Assembly: GCA_002726275.1 (NCBI GenBank)
Contig: PBSO01000017.1
Coordinates: 7,583 to 55,966 of the forward strand
DNA from: Methanobacteriota archaeon
GTDB lineage: Archaea; Thermoplasmatota; Poseidoniia; Poseidoniales; Thalassarchaeaceae
Length of the DNA: 48,384 nucleotides
Direction: 5' to 3'
Below the pieces are notes generated by a model, which was not told the DNA's origin, made no database searches, and saw only the letters and a list, made by a program, of their open reading frames with translations. Each line of letters starts with the position of its first letter. Positions within the stretch are counted from its first letter, which is position 1. Below are positions 47,220 to 48,384 of this stretch, one piece after another. The position numbers and the translations under genes were made by a program.

Positions 47220-47585
47220 ATGCCAGAATGCAACGTTTGTGGATTGGTAACTACTTTATCGCCATGCTCGGTATGTGGCAGTGAAACAACCGTGGAAAAA
47301 CCAAACAAGTCTGTTTTTAGGAAAGATATTGGTTCCGATGAAGAAAAGATGTTACCATTCGGACTTGAAGGGGGTAGTGGGCAGTCTGCCATTTCCAGTA
47401 TTCCATTCGGCCTCGATATTTCACCCATTATGCACGAAAAAAGAAAACTCGCATTTGGTTTAGAGGAATCTCCCAGAGATCATCATCAAGACGAAGAAAC
47501 CACAGTAAATTCTGAGCCACTTAGTGAAGAAATATCGAAACCACTCCCCTTCGACCTCTCAGACTCTCCGAATGAGGATGCATAA
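47220..47585 (+). CDS. Small hypothetical protein: N-terminal zinc ribbon plus a repeated [LI][PA]F[GD]L motif
   Basis: CNVCG-x7-CSVCG; motif copies at residues 45, 61, 77 and 109. TATA-like CTATAATG about 25-30 nt upstream. Confidence 0.65.
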   Translation: MPECNVCGLVTTLSPCSVCGSETTVEKPNKSVFRKDIGSDEEKMLPFGLEGGSGQSAISSIPFGLDISPIMHEKRKLAFGLEESPRDHHQDEETTVNSEPLSEEISKPLPFDLSDSPNEDA

Positions 47586-47791
47586 TCGAACCACTGGTAG
47601 CAATTTATCACTCATTATAGTACCTCGCTTACCCCGGTTACTTCATATACCGAATGTAGGTCGCCGGGATGCTTTGTGTGCTCCTTGGTACATCGCGTAC
47701 CAGGGTAAGAGGTTGAGGCCGCTCCGCCCCGCGGGGAGACGGAATGGCCAGAGAAACCTGAATTGATATGCCTGGAATACCAGAGGAATTA

Positions 47792-47817
47792 CCCTTCCGC
47801 TATTTTTAGCGGGGGGG
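47792..47817 (+). other. Hairpin in the putative 23S rRNA leader
   Basis: CCCTTCCGCTA-TTTT-TAGCGGGGGGG can pair, with G-U pairs. Confidence 0.5.
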
Positions 47818-47856
47818 CGATTAAAACTCATACAGGTGGGTATGTGGAATCACAAG

Positions 47857-48384
47857 ATGCTACAACCCGACTGGGGGATGGCTCGGCTCGAGAGCCGAAG
47901 AAGGTCGTGACAAGCTGCGATAAGTCGCGGGGAGAGGCATGAATCTCATGGATCCGCGAATTACCGAATTGGACCTCCTGGCACTCAGTGCCATTCCTCA
48001 TTGAAGGAAAGGGAACCCCCCGAACTGAAGCATCTCAGTAGGGGGAGGAATAGAAATCAAAAGAGATTCCGTTAGTAGTGGCGAATGAAAACGGAATAGG
48101 ACAAACCGAATCCCCTTGGGAAACCTTGGGGAGATGTGGGGTAAGGATCGTCTGTAGCCTAATTCTAGGAAGTGGAAGTCGTCCTGGGACGGCGCACCAA
48201 AGAGGGTGAAAGTCCCGTACACGTACTAGATATGGCCATGTGACGACACCAGAGTAGCGTGCGTTGGATATCGCGCGTGAATGTGGGAGGCAGATACTTC
48301 CAATCCTAAATACTACTCGAGACCGATAGTTGACAAGTAGCGTGAGCGAAAGCTGAAAAGTATCCTTAGCGGGATGTGAAAAGA
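47857..48384 (+). rRNA. rrl: 23S ribosomal RNA, 5' portion (runs off the window; 5' end approximate)
   Basis: Archaeal LSU signatures GGATGGCTCGGCTCG, AAGCTGCGATAAG, GAACTGAAGCATCTCAGTA, AGTAGTGGCGAATGAAA, GGGTGAAAGTCCCGTA, CCTAAATACT and GACCGATAG...AAGTAGCGTGAGCGAAAGCTGAAAAG. Confidence 0.97.

Noticed and set aside
47998-48222. 74-aa minus-strand ORF
   Set aside because: Antisense to conserved 23S rRNA sequence; a typical spurious rRNA shadow ORF.
1-48384. Mobile element, provirus or defence island
   Set aside because: No integrase, transposase, capsid, terminase, methylase or toxin-antitoxin motifs recognised; core genes are spread throughout.

Overview
Gene-dense archaeal chromosome segment of roughly balanced GC content. 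It is most consistent with Marine Group II Euryarchaeota (Ca. Poseidoniales, Thermoplasmatota). This is an inference from archaeal-type uS15, GluRS, PheT, RNase HII, ArcS, type II GAPDH and Rpp21 occurring with bacterial-type DnaJ, Adk and a YycJ-like hydrolase, many large acidic surface proteins, and a 23S rRNA gene with no 16S gene upstream. The first 16.4 kb holds an Ig-repeat anchored protein, a membrane subtilase, a 1413-aa beta-helix/Ig protein, a wHTH-STAND NTPase-TPR (NLR-like) regulator, an MBL hydrolase and a 1914-aa DxDxDG-repeat/beta-propeller protein. From 16.4 to 44 kb, housekeeping genes are interleaved with single-pass membrane proteins and a 1596-aa S8 protease. The last 4.5 kb holds two ion transporters, a small zinc-ribbon repeat protein and the 5' part of 23S rRNA. 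I recognised no CRISPR array, tRNA, integrase or transposase. The most notable oddities are: an NLR-like regulator next to surface proteins with Trp-rich cytoplasmic tails; an Rpp21 frame with no canonical start that continues in frame past the adk UGA; a Pcp-Nudix fusion; a GXGXG domain fused to a degenerate glutamate-synthase barrel; two subtilases with non-canonical active-site residues; a protein with a 16-residue-periodic FG-like motif; and a perfect 41-bp intragenic repeat. All calls come from motif recognition by eye; no searches were run.
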